64,000 nt of DNA, taken from Toensbergia leucococca. Lineage: Eukaryota. The DNA is taken from assembly GCA_022813965.1 (NCBI GenBank), contig JALDZS010000073.1:1-64000 (forward strand), given 5' to 3'. Position numbers and translations under genes: made by a program. Below are positions 1 to 11,302 of this stretch, one piece after another (position 1 is the first letter of the stretch; every line of letters starts with the position of its first letter). The notes under the pieces were generated by a model. It was not told the origin of the DNA. It saw only the letters and a list, made by a program, of their open reading frames with translations, and did not search any database.

Positions 1-220
1 TATTATATTTTTTTTTTTGCGGGGGGGGTGGGGGGTAGTGGGTTTTTGGGGGGGAGGTGGTGGTGAGTTTTTGGGGGGGGAGGGGGAGAGGGGGGAGAAG
101 GGGTGTGAGAAGAAGGGAGAAGGGGGGGGGAAGAAATAGAGAAGGAGGGGAGGAAGAGAGAGAGAAGGAGGGGAGGAAGAAACAGAGAAGGAGGGGAGGA
201 GGGGGTTGTGAGGAGGAGTC
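1..220. repeat. Low-complexity T-run, G-run and GA-rich purine tract
   Basis: Poly-T and poly-G runs, then almost only G/A with GGA/GA units. The 57..248 ORF is an artefact of this composition. Confidence 0.8.
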
Positions 221-490
221 GCTACAGAAAATCACCCTACTCAAGTGAAGCCGCTACAGTGGCACGAGTGGATACAGTCGCTACAGTCGCGACAGACAAT
301 TGCTGTCACTAGTTTCAAAACGGCAAATTTGTATCTCACGCTTGACACTGAGGCACTGATAGGACAGACAACATTATGATATGCTTGCCTTTGCAATTAT
401 GCGCCTTGCAATTTTTGCGCTTTCATTCAAAATCTAAAAAACCCATGTGATGCACATCCTCTGCATCTATGGAGTGTTGTTGTGTGTTGT

Positions 491-821
491 TCATAATTGG
501 TGAGTGTACTTGCAGCGCTGGGTGCTCTTTTCAAGGTGCATGGCAAAGGCTTTGGTCGTGTGAAAGATCTGAGTACATGCGGAGCATGTGTATGTCTTCA
601 AAGGTCTGGGAAGTCCAACAGTCCCCGACACTGTGGTGTAAAACCATGGGGCCTGATTTGGAGCGGATGCTATTGCTTGAGGATCGAAGTGCACCTTTGG
701 TCTAGCAAATGGGCTGATATGAAGGGCTGCTCCCTGCCGTTCTGTCAGCTTCAAGTAAGAGAGCAAAAGAGTGATTTTGGTAGCCTACTATTTGAGCATT
801 ATCGCCCGTGTGATTCGGCAT
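491..821 (-). CDS. Small spliced protein (~91 aa) with one C2H2/C2HC-like zinc finger
   Basis: ATG at 821 opens exon MPNHTGDNAQI. A phase-0 intron at 788..734 (GTAGGC...GCTGAC...CAG) joins ORF 491..766, which contains YTCSACTQIFHTTKAFAMH (Cx2Cx12H). Confidence 0.45.
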
Positions 822-947
822 GATGAGATTGGAGAAGATGACGTGCACTGGAGACTAGGGTAGGGCAGTGTGTGTGAGAGAAGGAAAAAGCGTTCTCCTG
901 TGCAATCTTGAGCCTGAGTAGGGGGGTGGTGGTTTGAGAGGTGTAGT

Positions 948-1073
948 GTGGTGGAAAGGGGTATCAGTGTGGTGGAAAGGAGTATCAGAGTGATAGAAAA
1001 GAGTATCAGAGTGGTGGAAAGGAGTATCAGAGTGGTAGATAGGATTATTAGAGTGGTGGAAAGGAGTATCAGT
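948..1073. repeat. Tandem minisatellite, 6 copies of a 21-bp unit GTGGTGGAAAGGAGTATCAGA
   Basis: Units start at 948, 969, 990, 1011, 1032 and 1053. Variants are mostly G>A or C>T. Confidence 0.9.
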
Positions 1074-1407
1074 GTAGTAGGAGCCTCAAGGATATACAGA
1101 GTAGATCACTGCAAAGCCCTCATCTTTATTCTCTGACCACCAACGACGCTACGCGTCTGAATAGCTCCATCTGAATGTATTCACGGTGGTCGATCAACTC
1201 TTGCACCTACCCGCGACCGTGGCTAACTCCTGACATTACAAAACACTTCTGCACTCCCCAAGCATGGTGAAAGGAAATTTCACAGTATCATCTGTTCTGA
1301 TAACCACTTTCGCTCCAGCTGGTTGAACACTGTTATCACAGCATTCTTTTTTCTCCGCCAGACCTATTTCGCCCCAGCTAGTCAGACAAGCACCTGATCG
1401 AGTAATA

Positions 1408-2236
1408 ATGTATGACCTAATTCTGCACTTGGTCACTCGAAGTGGTCGTTATCTAAATCGAACCACATTATTCAAGTACGTACGGTCCATATTGCTTTCG
1501 AGTCCCTACTGAAAGGGGCCTCAGAGAGGAACTTACCTTTCCGTTCTTGAGACTGCCTCCCGACATCCGGGATATCATTTACCAGATCCTGCTGGTTACG
1601 TGGAAAATCTTGATAGAAGACATGAGTGACCGCATGTATAATCTGGGCCCACGTGATCGATTAGCCACATACCATTGTACGAGCCGTAACAAAATGGCAT
1701 GGGATCTTTTAGCAAAGCATAGAAATATCCAGGATCCGTGGCCTACTCGAATGTTGGAAGGGATTCAGATTATGTCTGTCTGTCGGCAGATATATCACGA
1801 ATCGCAGCCCGTGTTCTACAGCAGAAACACGTTCTCGGCACCAAGAGGCCTAAACCCTCTTACAAACTTCTTAAAAGATCGGTCCCCTGATGCGCTGAGA
1901 AACATCCAGCATTTGGACCTCAAAATAGTACTAGACCCCGAGTATCATAGACGTTATGAGCCTACGTGGCTGGAGTTCTCTCGCTTTGTATCGAAAAACA
2001 TGCAGTTAAAGACTTTGACAATTGTTCTGGACAAGATGTTATACTTCCGGGATCTGAGGTTTTTCCACAAAGAAAACATGTTAAAGTGGATCGATACAGT
2101 GACTAGTATTCGGGGCGTGGAGACGTTCCGCCTGTTGTTCTCGGATCTGAGTTGGTTGAGCGAGAAGGATAAAGTGAGAAAGAGGAGGTTGGTAAAGAAT
2201 TTGAAGGAAATCATGCTAAAGAAGGGCATGAAGTAA
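1408..2236 (+). CDS. Uncharacterised fungal protein with an N-terminal F-box-like 'FPFLRLPxEIRxxIY' motif (2EXR/DUF7730-like)
   Basis: ORF 1547..2236 contains FPFLRLPPDIRDIIY, IMSVCRQIYHESQPVFYSRNTF and FLKDRSP...IQHL. The proposed start is ATG 1408 via a phase-2 intron at 1476..1524 (GTACGT...CAG); the 5' end is uncertain. Confidence 0.6.
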
Positions 2237-3167
2237 TGCGAAGGTCGAGGATAGCAGACGTGAAGCTCAAGGAGTATAAATGAATAATTACCGTACGCTG
2301 TGAAGCTCAGCGAGAGTCGTTCTTCATTCTCATCAGAGTCCTGTCTGAGGTACGTATCATCTTCTCTGGCCCTTTGCATATTCTTCAACATTTGTCATGG
2401 TGCGATCTTTGAATCAGCCTGCTCCCCTCATCAGCTGTGTCTGCTCTCTAACACTGAATAGCACAAATTCGGTCTCGACTTTCAATTTCATCGTCTCGAC
2501 ACGAAGGTTTGTTGTGCAGCTGTCAAGATTAGGAGCGTGCTCAGAGCGGCGCGTTGATTCGGAGGATGGACGAGCAGACAAGGCAGAAAATGTATTTTAG
2601 GAACAATTTTTAGAATGTTTGCGAGGGAATTGAAAATTCATTCAAAATGCTTGTCCCTTGTGAAGTAGAAGACCTCGAATACAAAAGACGCTACTAATAC
2701 TCTGACATATATTTTTGATATACTGAGATCCACCTAAAGGTAACATGTTGAAAATGTTCTTTCTACAAGGGTCTTGTATGGTCAAGGGAAACCGATTTCA
2801 AATTGTCTCCTTGATATACTGATACTTTACCAATACCTACTCTGGTGAACCTAAGAAGAGATGGGGTGACTGCGTCCACAGGATGAAGAAGCTAAAGGGG
2901 CTAATGAAGTTGAAGGGAGGAGGAATAACAGTAGCCATTGAAGAACACGGTGCTTCATCCAGCCTGATCCAGGTCGTCGTCGAACCACGCTAACAGCCCT
3001 AAGCAAAAGCAATATGACGTCACAGGTACAGCTTCAGTGGTATCCGTACAGCTTCAAGATAGCTACATTACCACGATAAAGCCACATATCAAGGCCAAGG
3101 AGCAGCAACACGACACTCGCTCTTCACCCTCCTCTCCCTCCAAAAATACTCTACCCCTCCCCAAGCA

Positions 3168-4187
3168 ATGACAGACCTGACCCCCCTCCTCTCATCCCTC
3201 ATCCCTCCTCCCTCCCACCTCCTCCTTAACCCCACCCCCCCAACAGACGAATTCCTCAAAGAAGCCTACCAAACAGTCCGTTGCCCCCTCACCCAGTATC
3301 CATCCCTCCTGACCTCGGTCCCAGAACGCACAAATCCTTACCCTAACCCACACTCTCCATAGCCTCCGCCCCTCTTACCTTGCCACCACTCGCCCAACCC
3401 CCACCTCCCAAATAGACCCCAAAATCAACTCCCTCCTCCGCACCCTCCACGCCTCAGTAACGCAGCTCGCCTCCGCTGAACAGTTACGCCAGGATGCTGC
3501 GAAAAGCCTCTCATCACAGAAGCGACGCGGACTAGGTGCCATTGTGGGTCGCTGGGCTGCTGGCGGGGAAGAAGAGCACAAGGCGGATTATGATGGGGAG
3601 GGAGCAATGCTTGTGGCGGTGAGGGAAGGGGTGCTATGGTATTTGCGGAGGAGATTGGAGCAGGTGGGGGCTGTGTGGGGGGAGATGGTTGAGGTGCGGA
3701 TCGAGCGAGAATTGGAGAGGGGAAAAAGTTCCTGGGTGGTTGGGGAGGCGGCGTATGAGGCAAAGGTGGAGGGAATGGAGAGCGAGGCGGAGAAGAGGCT
3801 GAGTCCGGAGCAGTTGGCGCTGTTTGAGGAGGAGAATTCCGATTTGCTGAAGCGGTACGATGAGGAGATGGAGCGGGTCCGGTGAGATTTCCCTCCCATC
3901 AGTGCCTCCATTTTCCAACCGGTACTAATCTCATGTCTCCCAATAGTACCGCCGAGCGCTCTCTCTACGAAATCTCTGCTCTCCAATCCACTCTCGCCGC
4001 CCACCTCGACACGCAATCAGCACAAGTCGTGCAATTGGTTGCCGATTCGGAGGCGACGACCGAGAATGTAGGGAGCGGGAACAAAGAGTTGAAAAGAGCG
4101 GCGGAAAGGAAGAGTGTGGCACGGGGGGTATTTTGGGCGAGTTGTGGGTTGAGTCTTTTTCTGGTAGGGTGGGATCTGTTGATTTGA
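3168..4187 (+). CDS. UFE1: ER t-SNARE, syntaxin-18/Ufe1 family
   Basis: Exons 3168-3275, 3325-3881 and 3947-4187 join in frame. Motifs are MTDLTP...DEFLKEAY, the SNARE helix AERSLYEISALQSTL...NVGSGNKELKRA, and a C-terminal TM ending WDLLI. Confidence 0.85.
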
Positions 4188-4401
4188 AAGGGTAGGGGGG
4201 AAGGGTGGGAGAGGATTGCTACGTTTGGTGGGTGTGTGGAGTTTTGTGGCGATAAGGGGCGTTGATGTGGAATACTTCAGGTGAGAAAGAGTCCTTTCTG
4301 ATCAAGAGCAAAGCTTTTAAATTGTTCCACGCTCGATGAGTGGCATGTCCAAAGTCAATGGTTGATATTTCATCCCGCCATCATCAATCTGCCCATGCAT
4401 C

Positions 4402-5895
4402 CTACGAAACCTCCTTGACCACCTTATCAATAGCCTTAGCAACATATTCCACATTTCCCGTATTCAGCCCCGCCATGCTAATCCGCCCGTTCTTCGTTAT
4501 ATACACATGCGCCTCGTCGCGGATCTTCAGCACCTGCTTCTCCGTCAACCCAGTAAAGCTAAACATGCCAATCTGCTCCGTAATGTGCTTCCAACTGCCC
4601 TCCTTCCCATTGTATTTCTCCAGATGCTCCCTCAGCGCTTTCCTCATGTCTTTGATGCGCCCACTCATCGTCCGCAAATTGGCTTCCCACTCCTTGAATA
4701 GCGCCGGGTCATTCAGCACCAAACTCGCTATGCGCGCGCCGTAAGCGGGCGGGTTACTGATCTCACTGCGCTGCAGGACAGCCAGCTGAGACGCGATGCG
4801 TCCGATCCGTTCTACGGCGTCGGAGCTGGGACCCGTGATGAAGTGGAATGCACCGGCTCGTTCGCCGTAGAGCCCAAAGTTCTTGGCAAAGGATTGCGCG
4901 ACGCAGAGTTCGAAGCCCTGCTCGACAAAGTAGCGCACCGCCCAAGCGTCGTTTTCGAGGTCGCCGGATGCGAAACCTTGGTATGCGCAATCGAAGAAGG
5001 GGAAATGCTTCTTCGCTCTTATGATTTTGGAGAGTTCGATCCATTGCTCACGGGTGAGATCTACGCCTGTGGGGTTGTGTGCGCAGGCGTGCAGGAGGAG
5101 GATGCTTCCTTCTGGGGCAGATTCAATGGAGGAGCGCATGCCGGCGAAGTCAAGCATTTTGGTTTCGGCAGAGAAGTAGGGGTATGTTTTTATGGGGAGC
5201 TGGACGTTTGTAAATATTTGGTTGTGGTTGGCCCAGGTTGGGGAGGAGAAGTAGACGGCTTGATTGGGAGAGCGAGGATAGAACTTTGAGAGGAAGAGGG
5301 CGCCGAGGTGGACGGCGCCGGTGCCAGAGATGGTTTGGAGGCTTGTTACCTTGGTTTGGCGGTTAGTGGGAGTGCGGAATTTCAAGTCATGGGACGTACT
5401 CGCTTCTCCTTTATTGCAGGACTGCTTGATCCGAGTATGACTTTTTGGGCTGCTGAAGTGAAATCGACAAGGCCGGCAATTGGGAGGTATTCATGGTTTA
5501 GGGTTGGGTCTTTCCGTAATATCTCCTCGGCCTGGATTTTGAGGTTTCAATCAGTCTGTACAGCTCCTTCGCTAATATGCTTTGATGGATTGAAATAGGA
5601 GTCACAAGAGACAGAAATCAGAGATATAGGAATAAGTGAGCTCATCCAGATACAGATATGAGACCCTCACCTTTTTCACAACAGGCAGCACCCAAGGCTT
5701 AGCATTGTCATCTCTGTAAGCACCAATGCCCAAATCGACCTTCTTTTCAGAATCATCCCTCCGGTAAGCGGCCATCAATCCAAAAAGAGGATCTTCAGGT
5801 GCTTGGGGTACAAGGGCAGCGGTGAAGACGGAAGTGGAGGTAGCCATTTGTGCGGTGATGTTTGCAAGTCTTTCAGCTGGCGAAGAGGAAGACAT
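4402..5895 (-). CDS. AAT2: Aspartate aminotransferase, cytosolic/peroxisomal type
   Basis: Exons 5895-5671, 5531-5400 and 5349-4402. Motifs APEDPLFGL, DLGIGAYRD, HACAHNPTG, DCAYQGFASG, SFAKNFGLYGER (PLP lysine) and GRISMAGL. A second in-frame ATG lies at 5847. Confidence 0.95.
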
Positions 5896-6039
5896 GAGGT
5901 CGGAGAGAGCAGAGTCCTGTAAGCGCATGCAGGCACATTTTTTTATGTAAGGTCAGGGTATTTATACATGGGCCGAGGTGTGCCTATTCAAGGAGTGGAC
6001 AATGCTTGAGTGCGGTTACATTTGCATGTCAGGGTACCA

Positions 6040-6470
6040 CTATTCACTATAAATTCCAACATGTGAAAGATGTATCATTCACAGACAGACAAGTCATTTG
6101 ATGTCAGTATCTTCTTTTCAGTGTTTGAGCAGCTAAAAAGAGATGATTCAGTAAGGTATTTAATCACTTTAAGCTGCTAAAACATTGGGGGCCCCTGCAA
6201 CACTCTACTGAATGAAGTATTAGATTGAACAGTCAAAACAAGACTCTAAAAATCAATTCTGACTCCCTTTATTTTGCACTTTATCACTGACTTGCTCTTG
6301 ATAAGAAGGGCAGTGAATATAAACAGAGACATCAGATCTTCTCTGATTATATCTGATACTTACCTACTGAATGATGTTCTCAGATAATTTCCCAATGACT
6401 GTTGAGATAACAGTACTAAATTTAATGTAGGCTTAGGAATTGAGGTGGAGGTGGGGGGCGGATCTGCGGT
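6040..6470. other. AT-rich non-coding tract, possibly a RIP-degraded repeat relic
   Basis: Markedly lower GC than the flanks, very few CpG, and no credible ORF. Confidence 0.35.
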
Positions 6471-7256
6471 GCCAAGAAGTCACAGATGTTTTGCATGCGC
6501 TAAAGGTAGGTTCTACTAATTCAACAAGCTGCTGCTTTGAAAATAATAATATTCTTGTGACTAGGTAAGCTATGTATGACAAGGAAAAATTGCAGAAAAT
6601 CCATACCGACAGTCTGACGCTTTCCATTGCTCCTCTTAACAGAATAGGAGGCCCAGGCAATGACACTAATGACTGAGGCACATTAGGCTGGATTCTTCAT
6701 CCTTGTTTCAGCCCCAGAGCAAAGTTTCGAGACAGACCAACCAGGATGGCGGGAAAGAGTTGATGAGATGAAAGGTGCTGCTAGGAAGCCCGTGTCTTTG
6801 ATGATGACTGGCTTGGGAGGCCGTTGCCATCTTGAGGTGATGATCTCAGACATGCGCTGATGGAGCTTAGTGATTTGAGGGTAAAACTTCTCAGGGCATC
6901 GTCGGCATGAGGAAAAAGATCAGGGAATGGAATGAAAGATTTGAACTGGCGGAGTAGCAGATGAATCGTATGTTCTCTTTCGCTCGTGTTGGCGCTGACG
7001 TTTGCTTCTCCTTTCTGTCAGTCTTACTCTTTTAGCTTCATGAGCTCGTCCTTACCAAGGTACAGAGGTGAACGGAACGGAATGACGAGCTAGCCTTCTT
7101 TTGCTGTCAAATTCAGAGAATCCGTACCGAGATGCAAGTGAAATGAGTGAGCGACACTATCAAGAGGAATAAGGAGAGCTTGTTTGAGACAAAAAGGTAG
7201 AACTGAATATATCGCTGGCGAGCTGGTTTTGTTAAAATAGATGCTGAGAGAAAAGT

Positions 7257-8183
7257 TCATACCCAATATATCCCCCAAGCAAACACCGGGTACTTTTTCA
7301 GCAGAGGCAGAGAGTACAACAGAACCAACCAATAACTCCACAGTCTCCACGTCGTCCGATCACCGGCCCTATGCCGGATGACAAGCACCCGTGTGGCAAT
7401 TACAATGCCGTATCCTATAGGAATCAGATATCCAAATACGCCGACGTTCCAAAACATCGGACATAGCAGCGACCATGCAAGCACCGGAACGGCAACCCCC
7501 CACCGCGCTGCGACATCCCCCAAGACCAAGGGAGCGGTCCTTCTCCTACGCACGCAATCACCGGCCTGGTCTTTCAGATCCTGCACCTGAATGGTCGTGA
7601 AGACAACAACGCCAACTATAGTGAGCCACAGATACGCCGTGGGAGTGATATCCCGCGACGCACTCGCAACTCTCAAGGCCCCAGAACACCACACCGAGAA
7701 AGAAAGCCCAATCATGAAATTACGAATAATGAAGCTCTCGTCCGCGCCACCCAGGTCGTTGTACACCCAGGAACCGCAGAATATCATCAGCGTTTCCTCC
7801 GTCGCCCCGAGGAAAAAAAAGACGATGGCGAGCGTGGCGGGGATGGAGGTCGTCAACAGACGTCGGGTCTGCTCTTCGGTGATTCTTCCCGCCGCCAGCG
7901 GCCGCCAGGGCTTGTTGAGAAGATCTTCCTGGATAGACTGCGGGAGGCGCTGGTTTGCCAGCACAAATACGAAGGTGTTGAGCCACGTCCACAAGAGCAC
8001 GGCGGGGACGCGGCGAAGAACGGCGACCAGATCAGGCGTGTTGCTGCTCAAGGGCTTTCCGGATAATGCGCTCAGCACGCCAAAAGTGGTCTCCGGAAAA
8101 ACAAAAGTCTTGTGATCGCTGCGGGTGAATAGCCAGAGTGTACGAGCACGGTAGAGAAAAGAAGAGGCGAGCGAGGATAACAT
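7257..8183 (-). CDS. UbiA prenyltransferase family membrane protein, probable UbiA-type terpene cyclase
   Basis: 308-aa hydrophobic ORF with NQRLPQSIQEDLLNKPWRPL, YNDLGG and QDLKDQAGD...RRTAPL. A possible 6-codon upstream exon (ATG 8260, intron 8242..8184 ending TTGAC...CAG) is in frame. Confidence 0.85.
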   Translation of the reverse strand: MLSSLASSFLYRARTLWLFTRSDHKTFVFPETTFGVLSALSGKPLSSNTPDLVAVLRRVPAVLLWTWLNTFVFVLANQRLPQSIQEDLLNKPWRPLAAGRITEEQTRRLLTTSIPATLAIVFFFLGATEETLMIFCGSWVYNDLGGADESFIIRNFMIGLSFSVWCSGALRVASASRDITPTAYLWLTIVGVVVFTTIQVQDLKDQAGDCVRRRRTAPLVLGDVAARWGVAVPVLAWSLLCPMFWNVGVFGYLIPIGYGIVIATRVLVIRHRAGDRTTWRLWSYWLVLLYSLPLLKKYPVFAWGIYWV

Positions 8184-8938
8184 CTGTAACGGCAGTCAAT
8201 ACGACAGACTTCATGTGGTGAAGGCCGTATGAACCTCTGTACGCTCCTCCAATATCCCATCTAAAAGGTACGCAGGCTTCACGAGGGGTCTTTCGAGTTC
8301 GTTGAGAAGTCTAGGGCATGTGCATCTTGAATCTATCGCGGTGTTTTCGAAAGCCTGGGGATCTGGGGTACTTATTCTTTATTTGCAACAGATATTTCAG
8401 GAAGAACATCCCTTCTCATGCTCGGACGCTTCTGTAGCTCAAGGGGACTCTCGGCTTTGGTGCCAAATCAATGGCTAGCAGAAATTGCTTTACATGGTAT
8501 CAAGTCTCAAAGGATCGACAAACCCCGTAGCCAATCCTGTTAATCGATCCGAACCTTCAGAGAAACATGCAGTGGTGCGCAATAAAAAGCAGTAGGAAGG
8601 CATAGCTCAAAGACTTGGCACATATGCTGCAGAAGCTTACATGCTAAGACTTCAGCTGACTGCAGGACGTGTAGTCGTTGTGCTTTCCTGTACTAGTAAG
8701 GCAGAGCCTTCATGGGGTCATACTGGGGTATGTTTCCCTTCTTATCTATTCACACTTACTCGTCCCATATTACATCACTAAGACATGTTCATAGGCCTTA
8801 GGTAGTGGCAGTGTTTGCAAAGTCAATGATTAGGGAAGAAGCTTTCGGACTCAAGGCACTACCATTCAATGCTCACCGAATTATCAGGAAAATATAGCTT
8901 GCTTAAGTAAGAGCCTTTTCTTATCTCTCATTCCGTGT

Positions 8939-10004
8939 TCATTTCGCCCTGTGTTTCTCACTCTGTTTGTGGTGCCATTCCGCGGCCGTAATGTCTTCCT
9001 CCACTTCTCCTTCCTTTAGGGGGGGAATCATCTCACTCCCCTGCAGCCTTTTCATAGGCGTCTCGTTCTCTGGCCTGACCAGATACGCCACTGAGTATCT
9101 GACTCTGTTCGCCTGCTCACCAGGCGCATATGTGACACGATGATACGGGCTTTTGAACAGCCCGTTCGTCCACTTGACCATGGCGTCCCCCAAATTGATA
9201 ATTGCACAACCTGGTTCTGGCCTTACAAATTGCCAATTCTTCTCACTATTCTCAAGACCAGGAGAAAGGAATTGTAGACCACCCAGGATATTGAAAAGTA
9301 TGGTTATTGTGCCGAGATCCGTATGCGGTACCATACTAGTCCGACGGTCATCACTGGGTTGCGGCGAGAATTTTAGAAGGCGAGTTTGCGTGCCCGAGGG
9401 AAACGAGATGCGGTTCTTGGAGGAAAACGTGCCGGGGGGGAGCTGCAGATGGAATTCGAGATAGGTGTAAAGATGCTCGACGACGCCGTGCGAGTGCAAC
9501 ATAAACGATTTGAACACGTCTCGGCTTCCGTTGAGGACGGGTGGCGCATCGCGTTGCGAGGTTACGCCTAGGATATCGTCACGGCCTACAGTGTAGAACT
9601 CGCAGCGGTCGGGCGTGCCTTGGCTGTCGGTTTTCCCCATTCCAGCGGCTTTGTAGCTATGCCAAAGGCAGTTTTAGTGGGTGGATTAAGATATGGGATG
9701 CGTGTCAAGTGAGGAAATACCCGTTGGTGGTTTTCCAATCCAGCACATACTTCAGCTTCTCCTCATCCTCGAGACCAAACAATTTCTCGCTCACATTAAA
9801 GATGTCCGCCACGTCATTTAGAAGTTCAGCACCTTCGGATGTATCTCGAAGGTCTAGCAAGAAGAGCCCTGTGACTTTCAAGATGCTGAAAAGGAGATCT
9901 GTCTCGCTTTCAGTCATGGAAAGAAGCTTTGCGTAGGACAATCGGGGAAGCTGAGCAGTTGATACATCGTTTGGGAACGGCGGAGGTTCGACAAGGTGCG
10001 GCAT
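8939..10004 (-). CDS. 2-oxoglutarate/Fe(II)-dependent oxygenase (IPNS/flavonol synthase-like)
   Basis: Exons 10004-9721 and 9656-8939. N-terminal PPFPNDV...GLFLLDL, metal ligands HTD...H (PHTDLGTITILFN, SPYHRV) and the RYS 2OG-binding motif. Confidence 0.9.
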
Positions 10005-11302
10005 TTCTGATTAGATGTACTAGGGCTGGAAAGAACAGGTATTTCGATTTCTTTGAAGTATGATCAGTTGCGTGCTCGTATTCGCAATAAGAGTTGAGAG
10101 GTTGTGTAGTGAGATTCACATGGTCTACGTGGTCTGAGACTCCCAGCACTTTCCGTTGTTCTCCCAGTCAATCTCCTTTAGTGAATGAGAGGGCTTGAAT
10201 ATTTTGGGGGTTAGAGTAAGGTGGTAAGGTCAAACCGTATGGGGGAGGAACATTGGCCAGTCTTCTCGAAATGTCGAGGTGGTTCTATTCATCACACACC
10301 ACACCCTTATGGTATCACACCCTCGTCGCACCACACACACCACACCTTTCATCACCACCACCACCACTTGATGCCCAGAACAATCCTGCAAGGATTTACT
10401 GACTCAAGCTGCCGGTGATTCTCCGTCATCCTTCGCCTAGCTCTTCATTGCTGACAATTGCCGTTCCAGTTGAAGCACTGGGCTGCTTCTGCATTTACCC
10501 CGCCCGGTTGTGTAACGAACAAGCAGCGCGGTGTCGGATCTTACTCGACAGTGTTCACGGAGGTATTCGTACAAGGCCAAGTGCTTACGACAGACAGACG
10601 CATCTACTTCCCGCGAACAGGGATGCCAAATGATGCTACTAGCTCACCTTACGGTGTCACTAGAGCTGCGGACTGCGGGAATGTCGTTCGTTCTGCATGA
10701 GCTTGATGCCTAATGCAGTTTCCCCGTTCCCACCCATGACCTACTCTGCCTATCTTGGAAACGCCATCTTTGATCCTACCCAAATCGGAGATACGGACCT
10801 CCGTCGTTCATCATAGTAGTGCAGGAGATCACGCCAACCACGCAGCTGCCTTGGCTTCAATGTCTCAATGAGGCAGATTAGAGAACTTATAGTTGGTGAA
10901 TGGCTTAAGCAAAGGCCTATCGTCGCACGGCCACTGCTGTGAAATACATAGTGCCAGATGGTCCCTCGGAAGCTCCCTAAATTCCGTCGCTACCTTAACT
11001 CTGTTTATGAGACTACGAGTAAGGTACGATATTATAGAGAAGCATGATCACCCACTAGAAGGATTGTCTGAGTTGTGGTAGCCCTCATCGTAGCTACTGT
11101 ACTGCACTCCATAGCTCTGCTGGAATAGAATCTTCTCTGATGGCCGTATATCATTGAGCGGAATATCACTGTCATTGCTCATTCTTTGCACACCCATCGC
11201 TCGCTCGGCGCTGGCACTGGCACTCGTCCCCAAAGACTCGAGCGTCTCGATGCGGCTTACTTTGGTCTGCGTGTTGTCTTCCTTCAATTCCGGACGTTCG
11301 GA

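Noticed and set aside
57..248. G/R/E-rich 63-aa ORF
   Set aside because: It is the translation of a low-complexity purine tract and has a GTG start.
948..1073. 21-bp repeats as a CRISPR-like array
   Set aside because: The copies are head-to-tail with no unique spacers, the genome is eukaryotic, and there are no cas genes.
6433..7060. Possible gene or transposon relic between AAT2 and UbiA
   Set aside because: Only short frames, with no transposase or other recognisable motif and no terminal repeats found.
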